Source of the DNA: Candidatus Zipacnadia bacterium
GTDB lineage: Bacteria; Armatimonadota; Zipacnadia; Zipacnadales; UBA5352
DNA length: 64,000 nt
Assembly: GCA_029820295.1 (NCBI GenBank)
Contig: JALGVA010000002.1
Location: forward strand, 6,069-70,068
Direction of reading: 5' to 3'
The notes under the pieces were generated by a model. The model did no database searches. It had not been told where the DNA came from and saw only the letters and a program-made list of their open reading frames with translations. The position numbers were made by a program, and so were the translations under genes. Positions within the stretch are counted from its first letter, which is position 1. The number at the start of each line of letters is the position of its first letter. Positions 1 to 9,384 of this stretch are shown here, one piece after another.

Positions 1-3000
1 GCCCTGCCCGAGGAGCAGACCGTCGTGCGCGTGTGCTTCGACGATGAACGGCTCTACCTGGGCGTCGAGGCCATGGAGGGGGCGCTCGAGCCCGCCCTCA
101 ACATGCTCGAGACGGTGCGCGCCGAGCAAACCATGCGCGACTCCAACGTCTTCAGCGACGATTGCGTCGAGATCTTCCTCGAGACCCCCGAGGGTGAGTA
201 CTACCATCTGGCGGTCAACTCCATCGGCACCCTCTACGACGCGCGCGACCAGGGAGATCCGTGGGACGGCGACTGCGTCGTCGCCGCGCGCCGCGGCACG
301 CACAGCTACGCCGTCGAGCTGTCGGTGAGCTTCGCGAGTCTGGGCGCGGCGCCGGCCGGTGAGTGGCGCGCCAACTTCTGCCGCGAGCGCACCGCGGTGA
401 CTGAGCAGTCCACGTGGTCGGGCCTGCAGGGCGCCTTCCATCAACCCACGGCCTTCGGCGAGCTGCGCTTCGCCGAGGCCGGCCCGGCGATCACCCGCGC
501 GGGTATCGGCATCGGGCCTGACCGGCTGCTGCTGCGCGCCGTGGTGGGCGGGGCCGCCGATGACGCCACCGAGCTGCGCGGCGTGCTCGCGTCGGGCGAC
601 CAGACCACCGCCGCCTCCGCGCAGGGCCCCGGCGAGCACACGCTGGAGCTGACCTTCCCGCAGGCCGTGCAGGAGACCGGACGGGTCGAAGCCAGCTTCG
701 AGCTGGCCCAGGGGGACGCGATCGTGCAGCGCTCGCCGACCATCCCGATGACCCTCGCCACGGGCGTCGCCCGCCTGAGCATTGAGGCGGCCGACGCGCA
801 AGTTGAGGTCTTCGTCGGCGGCGACCCGGTGGCGCTCACCGACGGCACCGCCGACCTGTCACTCGAGCCGGGCCTGAACGTCATCGCCATCCGCGCCGCA
901 GCCGACGGTGACGCCCCCGCGCTGCGCCCGGAGATCAGCTCGGGCGGGCGCGCGCTCCCCGTTGCGTGGCTCCAGCGCGCCGACGCGCCCGCCGACGGCT
1001 GGTTGACCGCGATCGAGCCTGAGGGCTGGGAGACGGTCGCCGGCGATGCCGTGGCGTGGCCCGCCGATGCGCGTGAGCAGTTCCTGGCCTGCGGCATCTA
1101 CGTCGGCCAGCGCGGCCCGCAGATCTTCCCCAAGCTGACGACCTTCTATGCGCCGCGCGGCAGCAGCCAGCTCTTGCGCTTCTATGTGCACATCGCGCCG
1201 GAGGTGCCCGCCGACGGCTACCGTATGATTGTCGAGGCGCCGGCGGCCCTGCCCTACCGCTCCCTCGAGCCCATCAGCGGCATGCCACCGGCCGTCGACT
1301 CGGCCCCGGGGGTGGCCGCCGAGGGGACGCCGATGACGCGCCACACCCTGACCTACGACACCATGCCCGGCTCGGGGATGGAACTGTCGATCCGCTGGGG
1401 CGATGCCCACGAGGCCAGCCTGGGCTACCAGCCCGCCCTGACCGCCGGCGGCACGCACGGCTGGCGGCGCCTCTCCCGCACCGTCGTCGCGCCCGAGGGC
1501 GCGGCGAACGCGCATCCGCTGATCATCAAATGGCAGAACCGGGGCATCACTGGCACCTTCTGGGTGGACAACGTGGTCTTCCGCGAAGCGGACAGTGACG
1601 AGAACCTGCTGAAGATGGGCACCTTCGACGAGCCGGGCTGGCCCGAGAACGCCGGCCGGCTGGCCCAGGAGGGCCCGGACGGCTCACGCTGCTGCAAGAT
1701 CGTGTCCACGCCCGCCAACGCCGACGGCCAGCAGGCGCTGTGGGTGGACCCCGAGGTCTCCGTGCCGGTGGTGCCGGGGCACGAATACGTGGTCGAGATG
1801 GACGTGCGGTGCGACCGGCTCGGCTCGCCCACCTCCCGGCCGCTGTGCGGTCTGCTGCTGGAGGCCCCGCAGGACCTGCCCGAGGGCGATCTGCCGCTGT
1901 TCACCTGGTTCCAGACGCTCGATGGCGTCATCACTGAGCTGCCGCACCCGTCCACGGTAACGGTGCTGCCGCCGCTCAAAGACGTGCGCCCCGAGCGTGC
2001 GCGTATCACCCCGTGCTACTACTCGTCGATCTTCAGCGACCCCGAGGTGGCGCGCGCCTACGCCGACAACTGCTGGGCCTCGGGCATCACCTGGACCTAC
2101 GGCAAGTTCGGCAACAACGTCGTCGAGCACCTCGCGCCGCGCGGCCACGAGGTCATCCTGAGCATCGGCTGGGGTGGCTGGAACCCGATCGGGGAGGAAA
2201 TGCATGAGTTCAGTAAGGCGCACCCCGAGTTCTGGGCCCGCAACTTCGAGGGCCAGGCCGACGAGAGCCACTTCTGCCCGACCTGGTTCCTCTCCGACGA
2301 TGCCGCGCCGGTGCGCGACATGTTCGAGCGCTGGCTGCTCGACGCGGTCAACTCCGCGCCCTACGCCGGCGCCGACTGGGACCTCGAGCAGCCGGTGGTC
2401 GATCCGCCCACCTTCTGCACCTGCGACCGCTGCCTGGCCGCCTTCCGCGAGTTCGCCGGCCTCGCCCCCCAGACCGAGCTGACCCCCGAACTGCTGCTGG
2501 GCGAGTATCGCGCGCGCTGGGTAGACTTCCGCTGCACCCAGAACGCGACCATGGCCGGGCTCATCAAGGTAATGTTGGAGAAGGCGGCGCGGCCGATCGA
2601 GTTCTCGATCTACTCGGGCTTCCAGTCGCTGCGCACCAAGGAGCACTACGGCGTGGACTGGGCCAAGCTCGCACCGCACATCGACATGGGCATCGCGGGC
2701 TACGGCGGCACGGCCGAGACCGTGGCGGCGACCGTCGAGGCCCTGGGCGACACGCCGCTGATGGGCGGCGAGATGTGGTACCTCTCGCACAACAACGACG
2801 CACGCCCGGCGCCGCGCATGGAGACCTGGCGCAACCGGCTGCTGCGCAAGTTCGTGGAGAGCGGCTGCGTCGGCGTGCTCATCTGGTGGCTGCCGCCCAT
2901 GGACGGCGGGGCGTTCTACGCGACCTCAGAGGCGGCGGCGCTCATCGCCGAATACGAGGACTGGCTGGTGCACGAGCGGCGCTGCGACGAGCGCGTGACC

Positions 3001-3171
3001 GTCGATGGGCTGGACGCGCGCGACTGGGCGGCCTTCGAGCGCGACGGCCGGGTGCTGGTGTTGCTGATGAGCTTCGAAGACGAGGCCATCGAGCTGACCG
3101 TGACTGTGGACGGCGAGGCGCGTCCGGTCACCGTGGAGCCCTACGGCACCGAAGTGCTGGTGGTCGAGTAG
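1..3171 (+). CDS. Large carbohydrate-active protein (CBM9/DOMON-like N-terminus, CBM4-like module, C-terminal GH-like TIM barrel); 5'-partial
   Basis: Frame is open from base 1. DDCVEIFL..YYHLAVNSIG..WRANFCR is a CBM9-like pattern; FWVDNVVF and NLLKMGTFD are CBM4-like; CTCDRC motif as in GH42-like barrels. Confidence 0.75.
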   Translation, partial: ALPEEQTVVRVCFDDERLYLGVEAMEGALEPALNMLETVRAEQTMRDSNVFSDDCVEIFLETPEGEYYHLAVNSIGTLYDARDQGDPWDGDCVVAARRGTHSYAVELSVSFASLGAAPAGEWRANFCRERTAVTEQSTWSGLQGAFHQPTAFGELRFAEAGPAITRAGIGIGPDRLLLRAVVGGAADDATELRGVLASGDQTTAASAQGPGEHTLELTFPQAVQETGRVEASFELAQGDAIVQRSPTIPMTLATGVARLSIEAADAQVEVFVGGDPVALTDGTADLSLEPGLNVIAIRAAADGDAPALRPEISSGGRALPVAWLQRADAPADGWLTAIEPEGWETVAGDAVAWPADAREQFLACGIYVGQRGPQIFPKLTTFYAPRGSSQLLRFYVHIAPEVPADGYRMIVEAPAALPYRSLEPISGMPPAVDSAPGVAAEGTPMTRHTLTYDTMPGSGMELSIRWGDAHEASLGYQPALTAGGTHGWRRLSRTVVAPEGAANAHPLIIKWQNRGITGTFWVDNVVFREADSDENLLKMGTFDEPGWPENAGRLAQEGPDGSRCCKIVSTPANADGQQALWVDPEVSVPVVPGHEYVVEMDVRCDRLGSPTSRPLCGLLLEAPQDLPEGDLPLFTWFQTLDGVITELPHPSTVTVLPPLKDVRPERARITPCYYSSIFSDPEVARAYADNCWASGITWTYGKFGNNVVEHLAPRGHEVILSIGWGGWNPIGEEMHEFSKAHPEFWARNFEGQADESHFCPTWFLSDDAAPVRDMFERWLLDAVNSAPYAGADWDLEQPVVDPPTFCTCDRCLAAFREFAGLAPQTELTPELLLGEYRARWVDFRCTQNATMAGLIKVMLEKAARPIEFSIYSGFQSLRTKEHYGVDWAKLAPHIDMGIAGYGGTAETVAATVEALGDTPLMGGEMWYLSHNNDARPAPRMETWRNRLLRKFVESGCVGVLIWWLPPMDGGAFYATSEAAALIAEYEDWLVHERRCDERVTVDGLDARDWAAFERDGRVLVLLMSFEDEAIELTVTVDGEARPVTVEPYGTEVLVVE

Positions 3172-3197
3172 CCGGGCGACGGCGAAGGCAACGGCCT

Positions 3198-3259
3198 GCG
3201 GGGGAGGGCTTCGTGGAAGAAGCCGCCCTCCCCCGCGCCCCCTCCCACGAAGAACTTCC
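3198..3259. repeat. REP-like palindromic element / possible bidirectional terminator
   Basis: Perfect 12-bp stem GCGGGGGAGGGC (3198-3209) / GCCCTCCCCCGC (3225-3236) between convergent genes; tail partly resembles 11611-11640. Confidence 0.55.
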
Positions 3260-3397
3260 GTCTGCGCGCCGAGACTTGAGAGATCGGCCGACGTCTCTTC
3301 ACGCGCGCGACGGCTCGCGCGCAACCGTGACGCCGAGGCGCGCCATCGGCGGTCCGCCGGTACGGGGCGACAGCGGCTGCGGCCAATTGCGCGGCGC

Positions 3398-4276
3398 TCA
3401 CTCGGGGAGCCGCAGGTCGCAGAGATAGACGGTCGCCGTCTCGTCCCGTCCGGCGATGAAGGCCAGCTTCGTGCCGTCGGGCGAGATGACGGGACTGCGC
3501 ACGCCGGTAATGCCGAGTTCCGGCCAGGTGATCTGTCGGCTGCTCAGGCGCATGAAGCCCACGCGCGCGTCCTCCTCGGTCCAGCCGGCGGCGAAGACGA
3601 TCCACTCCGCGCGCGGGCCCCACGCCGGGTCGGCGTGGCGCAGCACGTCGGTGAGCCGCGTCTCCACGACTTCCTCCCAGCGCCGCGCGGTCATCAGCCA
3701 GACCTGGTCGTTCTTGATGATGAGCATGCGCGCTCCGTCAGGGGAGTAGACGGGGCTCCGCTCGTCGCGGTAGGCGAGCCGCTGGGGCTTGGCCTGCCCG
3801 GGGCGCAGGAGGAAGATGCCGGTGCGGTTGTTGGCGGTGTAGGTGCAGGCGATAGTGCGGCCGTCGGCGGCGATCGACGGCTCGGTCAGGTCCTGGCCTT
3901 CATGCAGGCGCCGCGCCGCGGCGTCGCTGGCGAGGTCACGCAGCCAGATGCCCTCCTCGCCCGGCTCGGTGCCGATCCACACCAGCACGCTGCCGCGCAC
4001 ATCCGGCTGGCGGCCGAGGGCCAGCACCTCGGGCTCACCGCCGACCAGCGGCAGGCGCACAATCTCGCGGACGAAGGCGGTGGCGTTCAGGCGGCCCACT
4101 ATCAGCCCCGGGCCACCGGGAGCGTCGGCGCCGAGGAAGCGGCATGACTCGTAGCCACCGTCGTCCGCCAGCACCTGCGGCACGCCGACCTGCGGCTCGT
4201 CCGAGCCCCACGCCAGCGCGGCACCCAGCAGCATTGCGGCCGCGGTCATCGAGCGTCTGATCAAGGCAATGCCCAC
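3398..4276 (-). CDS. TolB-like beta-propeller (PD40 repeat) secreted protein
   Basis: Repeated PSIAADG, PVYSPDG, PAWGPRA and PVISPDG motifs; signal peptide. Start is GTG 4276 or ATG 4249. Confidence 0.8.
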   Translation of the reverse strand: MGIALIRRSMTAAAMLLGAALAWGSDEPQVGVPQVLADDGGYESCRFLGADAPGGPGLIVGRLNATAFVREIVRLPLVGGEPEVLALGRQPDVRGSVLVWIGTEPGEEGIWLRDLASDAAARRLHEGQDLTEPSIAADGRTIACTYTANNRTGIFLLRPGQAKPQRLAYRDERSPVYSPDGARMLIIKNDQVWLMTARRWEEVVETRLTDVLRHADPAWGPRAEWIVFAAGWTEEDARVGFMRLSSRQITWPELGITGVRSPVISPDGTKLAFIAGRDETATVYLCDLRLPE

Positions 4277-4683
4277 CTCCGCAGGGCGACAGTTCCCCGC
4301 ACACCGATGCCCGCCCTGCGCCGACGGTTCATGCGGGCAGGTGTGCCCGCCGGCGAGAAGGGGTAGGATTCCGTTGGCAGGGCGCAAGGGCGGGGGCGGG
4401 CAGGGGTGAACGGCGGGAAGAGCGGAGCGCGCGAGACCCCGCGACGTGCCCGAGAAAGTCGCCTGCCGCGGGAGGTGTGCGGTCGTCCGCGCCGAAAACT
4501 GCAGTAGATCGCCCTGCGCGCCGTCTGAGGGCACGCCTGAACGTGTGTGAGACGTGCGCAGGCTCAAGGACGGTGGGCGTCTCGCCGGCAGGGGATGCGT
4601 GCCGCGCGTGCGGTACGCCCGGTCGCCGGGATGATCATATTGTGCCAACGTGCCGAACTACCCTATGGTAAGGAGGAGGCAGC

Positions 4684-5367
4684 ATGACACGCCGTGGCTT
4701 CACGCTCATCGAGTTGCTGGTCGTGATCGCGATCATCGCCATCCTGGCGGCGATCCTCTTCCCGGTCTTTGCCCGCGCGCGTGAGAAGGCGCGCCAGGCG
4801 AGCTGCCAGAGCAATGAGAAGCAGCTCGCCCTCGGAACTCTGATGTACGCCCAGGACTACGACGAGAGGCTGCCCATGCGCTGGGTGCAGTTCGCTGACG
4901 GCTCGCGGTACTACATCCCGGAGATGATCTACCCGTACATCAAGAACACCCAGCTCTTCGAGTGCCCGAGCGTCTCCACCGACGTCTCCCTGCTCACGCT
5001 CGGCACGATCCCGCTGTCCTACGGCTGGCTGGGCGGCTCGCCCTCGCACCCCGGCGCCAGCGGCACCGCCCCGTGCAGCATCTGCGGCCGCGTGTGCTCG
5101 CAGAATTACCACATCTTCGACGGCTACCGCAGCGTCAAGATGGCGGTCATCGCGGCGCCGGCCAACAATATCATGATCCACGAGGGCTTCTCGGTACTCT
5201 GCCCCGACTACGACAACGGCAATCACACCTTCTGCGACCGCACCGCCATGGAGCAGTATCAGAACCACAACGGCACCAACAACTACGCGTTCGTGGACGG
5301 CCATGTGAAGGCGCTGCAGCAGGTCGATCCCGGCCAGATTACCCCCAGCTCCGACGACGACCGGTAG
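4684..5367 (+). CDS. Prepilin-type N-terminal cleavage/methylation protein, DUF1559 / H-X9-DG family
   Basis: [35 protein letters not shown]; C-terminal [15 protein letters not shown]; strong RBS AAGGAGGAGG. Confidence 0.95.
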   Translation: MTRRGFTLIELLVVIAIIAILAAILFPVFARAREKARQASCQSNEKQLALGTLMYAQDYDERLPMRWVQFADGSRYYIPEMIYPYIKNTQLFECPSVSTDVSLLTLGTIPLSYGWLGGSPSHPGASGTAPCSICGRVCSQNYHIFDGYRSVKMAVIAAPANNIMIHEGFSVLCPDYDNGNHTFCDRTAMEQYQNHNGTNNYAFVDGHVKALQQVDPGQITPSSDDDR

Positions 5368-5390
5368 CGCGCGCCGACGGCAGTCCGCAT

Positions 5391-5424
5391 CGGGCCCGCA
5401 GCCTTGGCCGCGGGCCCGTTCGTT
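5391..5424 (+). terminator. Intrinsic terminator-like hairpin
   Basis: CGGGCCCGC / GCGGGCCCG stem followed by TTCGTT, between convergent genes. Confidence 0.55.
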
Positions 5425-5449
5425 GTCGCGACCGTCCACCAGCACGCGG

Positions 5450-6691
5450 CTACCGGCAGATGACGCGCCGGCCGTCGTGGAGGGCGATGATGGAGGCGTC
5501 GGCGCCCAGGCGCTCCTGAGCCATCGCCAGCGCCCTCTGCAGGTCCGGCGCGGCGTCGGCGAAGGTGCGCTCGATGTCGCGCGCCAGCCGCGAGACCACG
5601 ATCAGTTGCGCCTGCTTCTCGTGCACCACCGACGAGAACAGGAAGCCGGTGGAGCACGGCGCCCAGTGCCACTCGGCCTCGCCCTCGGCGAGCCGCCGCC
5701 GCATCTCGGCGATGATCGCCTGCGGGTCTTCGCTCTCGAGCAGCCGCCGGAAGGGCTCCTCGCCGCCCCAGCCGTCCTCGCACTCGCCCAGCAGGATCAC
5801 CGCACCGCCCTCGCGCACGCACTCCAGCGCCGGCACCAGCGTCTTCTTCGCCTGCACCATGTCGATGTCGTACGGCCACCCCCCCGAGGTGCAGATGACG
5901 ATGTCGGCCTTCTCGCGCACGGCGTGCTCGTAGATCTCCTGCGAGCGCATCGCGCCCTGCCGGTGGGCGGCGATCATGTCCCCGCACACGATCGCGGCGT
6001 AGCTGTCATCGGGGTTGACCACGGCGTCGCAGATGAAGTCTACGCCCACAGCCAGTGCGGCCTCGGTCATGTCCTCGTGCACCGGGTTGCCGTCGAGCAC
6101 GCCCAGCTTGCGTCCTTCGGTCAGGATCAGGAAGTGGTTGTGGGTGATCGACTCATAGGAGGAGACGCCGGGCAGGATCATCTTGCGCCCGCCGGAGAAG
6201 CCGGCGATGTACGAGGGCTCGATGAAGCCGCACACCACGCGCTTGCTGAACTCGCGCACCAGCGGCGAGACCTCGATGGGCGTGCCGCGCGAGGTCTGTC
6301 CGAGCTGCCACTGGGGGCCGCGCGAGTCGGGCTGGAGCACGTCGCTGGTGCCGATGAACTCGTCCAGCTCGGCGGCGGTCATGGGCCGGTGGTTGCCCAG
6401 GCCGATGACGATCTGCGTGCTGGCTCCGAGGGACTCGATGCGCTCGATGAGCGGCCAGAGCATGGGCGAAGGATTGGGGCGGGTGAAATCCACGGTCATC
6501 ACGGCCACGTGGTCGCCCGGGGCGATGACCTGCTCGAGCGGCGGGCCGGCGGGGCCGGCGAGGGCGGCGTCGAGCGCGGCGGGGATGTCCTCGATGCCCT
6601 CGACGCTGGGCAGGCGGATCTCCTCGATCACGCGCTCGCCCGCGACCTCGGCGACCTGCTCACCGTGTCCGTACGCGAAGCGCAGCTCCAT
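5450..6691 (-). CDS. LarA-family (nickel-pincer-dependent lactate racemase domain) protein, divergent active site
   Basis: DFTRP, GLGNHR, AGFSGGRKMILPG, NH and QAKK motifs; RBS GGAGG before ATG 6691. Confidence 0.88.
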   Translation of the reverse strand: MELRFAYGHGEQVAEVAGERVIEEIRLPSVEGIEDIPAALDAALAGPAGPPLEQVIAPGDHVAVMTVDFTRPNPSPMLWPLIERIESLGASTQIVIGLGNHRPMTAAELDEFIGTSDVLQPDSRGPQWQLGQTSRGTPIEVSPLVREFSKRVVCGFIEPSYIAGFSGGRKMILPGVSSYESITHNHFLILTEGRKLGVLDGNPVHEDMTEAALAVGVDFICDAVVNPDDSYAAIVCGDMIAAHRQGAMRSQEIYEHAVREKADIVICTSGGWPYDIDMVQAKKTLVPALECVREGGAVILLGECEDGWGGEEPFRRLLESEDPQAIIAEMRRRLAEGEAEWHWAPCSTGFLFSSVVHEKQAQLIVVSRLARDIERTFADAAPDLQRALAMAQERLGADASIIALHDGRRVICR

Positions 6692-6777
6692 GGTCGTCGC
6701 CTCCGTGACGTGCGTCGGCGGGCGGTCTGACGGCGCCGGCGGGCGACCCGTCCGCACGATGGTGGTGGGGCTACCCG

Positions 6778-7374
6778 CTACCCGACCCTCTCGGCCAGCG
6801 CCTCAACGCTGATCAGCGGCATGCCGTGGTGGCGCGCGAACTCGCGTACCTCGTCGCCGCTGGCCATCTGCCCGACCTCGTTCATCAGCTCGGCGATGGC
6901 GACCACGGGCCGGATGCCCGCGAGGCGCGCCAACGCGATGGCGCCCTCAGTGTGCCCGCGCCGCCGGGTCAGGCCGCCGGGCATGGCGGCCAGGGGGAAG
7001 ACGTGCCCGGGCCGCGAGAAGTCCTCGGGGCGCGAGTCCGGGTCGGCGAGCATGCGCAGCGTGATGGCGCGGTCGAAGGCCGAGGCGCCGGTGGTGGTGC
7101 CGCGCACCGCATCTACCGGTTCGGCGAAGCGCGGCGCGTTGGCCACGCTGTAGCGCGCCGGCAGCAGCGGGATGTCAAGGCGCTGCAGAATATCCTCAGC
7201 CACCGCGACGGTGATCAGCCCGCGCACGTGCGTGGCCAGGAAGTTGACCCGCTCGCCGGTGGCGTGCTCGGCGGCGAGCAGGATGTCCGCCTCATTCTCG
7301 CGCGCGGGGTGGTCCTCGAGCGCGACAAAGCCCCCGGATGCGAGGGCCTGCACGGCCTCTTCAATGCCGGACAT
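6778..7374 (-). CDS. ribB: 3,4-dihydroxy-2-butanone-4-phosphate synthase family protein (stand-alone, divergent)
   Basis: RENEAD, TTGASAFDR, RPGHVFPL and RRGHTE motifs. Confidence 0.88.
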   Translation of the reverse strand: MSGIEEAVQALASGGFVALEDHPARENEADILLAAEHATGERVNFLATHVRGLITVAVAEDILQRLDIPLLPARYSVANAPRFAEPVDAVRGTTTGASAFDRAITLRMLADPDSRPEDFSRPGHVFPLAAMPGGLTRRRGHTEGAIALARLAGIRPVVAIAELMNEVGQMASGDEVREFARHHGMPLISVEALAERVG

Positions 7375-7403
7375 TGCTTGGTCTCGATGCTCCAGTCGGG
7401 GGC

Positions 7404-8177
7404 CTACAGCTCCCGCAGATCGGCCTCCATGGTCTCCAGGTCGACGACGGCGTAGCGGCCGCCGCGCAGCGCGCCCGGGTTCACCACATGGCAGTCCCCG
7501 ATCCGCTCCTGCCCGGCGGCGTCATGGGCGTGTCCGCACACCGCCAGCACCGGCCGGAAGGTGTGGATGGCCTCGTTGACGACGTCGCAGCCCTTGTGCG
7601 CGCTGCCATCGCGGTCCACGACCTCACCGATGGGCGGGGTGTGCAGCACCATGATGCGCGGCCCCTGGACATACTCGAACAGGCGGAAGGAGTGCATGAC
7701 CTCCCACTGCGGATAACGCAGCATGAACAGCTCCTCGCGGTCCACGCGCGTGATCTCACCGCCCAGCCCGCTGATGACGAAGTCGCCGCAGCGCGCCAGC
7801 GAGCGGTGCACGACCTCGAGCGGTGAGTCGGCGCCCTCCTCGGCGAGACTGCAGGTGAGGTAGCGGCCCTCGGGGGCGTCCATGTTGCCCGGCACGCCCA
7901 GAATCGGGAAGGGTGACGGTCGCAGCGTCTGGTGAAACTCGGCGTAGAGCGCGTAGTCCTCGGCCCGCTCGGCCGCCACGGCCTCTCTGTTCATGTAGGG
8001 CGTCCGTCCCTCGCTGCGTGCGGTCATGAACTCAGTGGCGCGGGCCTTGCCGCGCACGATGTCGCCGCAGAACAGGCCGAAGTCGCAGCCGCAATCGGGC
8101 GCGACCCGCATCAGGTCACGCAACGGCTCGAACTCGCCATGCACGTCGCTGAACACCAGCGCCTTCATCGCTGTCAC
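7404..8177 (-). CDS. Calcineurin-like metallophosphoesterase (Icc-related)
   Basis: DVH, GD, PGNMD, HTPP, GHAH and NPG motifs. Start is GTG 8177 (overlapping the upstream TGA) or ATG 8168. Confidence 0.88.
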   Translation of the reverse strand: MTAMKALVFSDVHGEFEPLRDLMRVAPDCGCDFGLFCGDIVRGKARATEFMTARSEGRTPYMNREAVAAERAEDYALYAEFHQTLRPSPFPILGVPGNMDAPEGRYLTCSLAEEGADSPLEVVHRSLARCGDFVISGLGGEITRVDREELFMLRYPQWEVMHSFRLFEYVQGPRIMVLHTPPIGEVVDRDGSAHKGCDVVNEAIHTFRPVLAVCGHAHDAAGQERIGDCHVVNPGALRGGRYAVVDLETMEADLREL

Positions 8178-9163
8178 TCCCCGGGCAGGTCGGCCACAGC
8201 CCGCCGCCCGCTATGCCGCGGCACGGCAAGCTGCAGCCCGATCAGCGTCACCGCCATCCCGACCACCTGAACCATCGTCGGCGCCTCATGCAGCAGCAGA
8301 TAGGCGGCCACGGTCGCCACGATCGGCACGCAGTACTGGAACAGCACCGTCCGTGAGGAGCCGATGGTCGCCACCCCGCGGTACCATACCACGAAAGCAT
8401 AGACTCCGGCCAGCAGCGAGAAGTGCAGCAGGCACACCCAGGTGATCGCGGGCAGGCCCGGCCACTCGACCGCCATGGCCGCGCGCGCGCCGACCGGGAT
8501 GAGCACCACCGCGCCGATGGTGTGGACCCACGCGGTGACCTTCAGCGGCGAGTAGTGGCGCAGCAGCGGCCTGCTGAACACCGCGTAGCACGCCCACAGG
8601 ATGCCCGCAAGCACCATCAGTGCCAGCCCCGGCGCGTGGTACTCGACCTGCTGGGCCCCCTTGAGCCCGCCCATGATGACCGCCGCGATACCGAGGAAGC
8701 CGACGAGCGTGCCCGCCGCCTGGCGCGCCGACAGGCGCTCCCAGCCCAGCACATGGTTGATGATGGCCGCCCAGATGGGCGCGGTGGAGATCAGCAGCGC
8801 CGACTCGGCGGCGAGGGTGTAGAACACCCCGGCCGCGAAGCAGCCCTGGTAGACCACCACGGTCACGAAGGCGAAGCCGATCAGGTAGCGCCAGTGCTCG
8901 CGGCGGATGGTGATGTCGCGTTCGAGCGCCCACAGCGTCAGCAGCAGCGCGGCGACCATCAGCACGTAGCGCACCGAAAGCAGGCCGTAAACCCCGGCCA
9001 GCGGCCCGGCGACGGTGAAGCTCTGCTTGAGCACCTTCAGCGAAATGAAGTTAAAGCCCCAGTTCAGCGGCACCGTGGCCAGCAGCACATAGGTCCACGG
9101 TGACACCGCCGGCTGCGTCGGACGGGCCTCTGTCTGCTCCATGCCCGCTGAAGACACCGACAT
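8174..9163 (-). CDS. DMT/EamA family transporter
   Basis: About 10 hydrophobic segments, WGFNF..K start motif, two EamA repeats; start uncertain (9163 or 9142). Confidence 0.9.
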   Translation of the reverse strand: MSVSSAGMEQTEARPTQPAVSPWTYVLLATVPLNWGFNFISLKVLKQSFTVAGPLAGVYGLLSVRYVLMVAALLLTLWALERDITIRREHWRYLIGFAFVTVVVYQGCFAAGVFYTLAAESALLISTAPIWAAIINHVLGWERLSARQAAGTLVGFLGIAAVIMGGLKGAQQVEYHAPGLALMVLAGILWACYAVFSRPLLRHYSPLKVTAWVHTIGAVVLIPVGARAAMAVEWPGLPAITWVCLLHFSLLAGVYAFVVWYRGVATIGSSRTVLFQYCVPIVATVAAYLLLHEAPTMVQVVGMAVTLIGLQLAVPRHSGRRAVADLPGE

Positions 9164-9214
9164 CCGTCTCGCACCTTCGAGCCGCATCACCTGCCAAATC
9201 GCCTCGGAAGGGTG

Positions 9215-9243
9215 ATTATACGTGCGCGCGGGGAGGACGTCAA
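9215..9243 (-). promoter_or_regulatory. sigma70 promoter of the EamA-phosphoesterase-ribB-larA operon
   Basis: Minus strand reads TTGACG (9243-9238), 17-bp spacer, TATAAT (9220-9215); very unlikely by chance at this GC content. Confidence 0.85.
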
Positions 9244-9384
9244 TCGCGTCTCTTGGAGTGTGCGGCAGCCGCGATTCCCGAAGCCCGTCGCTCGTGCCAC
9301 CGTCGTGACGGCAGGCCCGGAGGCCGGCCGTGGCGAACCGACGTGGGGCCGTGCGCCGTCACGCCGCCGTCGGAGCCGAGGCCG

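Noticed and set aside
4630-4650. sigma54 promoter (TGGCAC on the minus strand)
   Set aside because: The -12 TGC element is absent at the required spacing.
9164-9214. FMN riboswitch upstream of the ribB-containing operon
   Set aside because: The leader is too short and lacks the FMN aptamer consensus.
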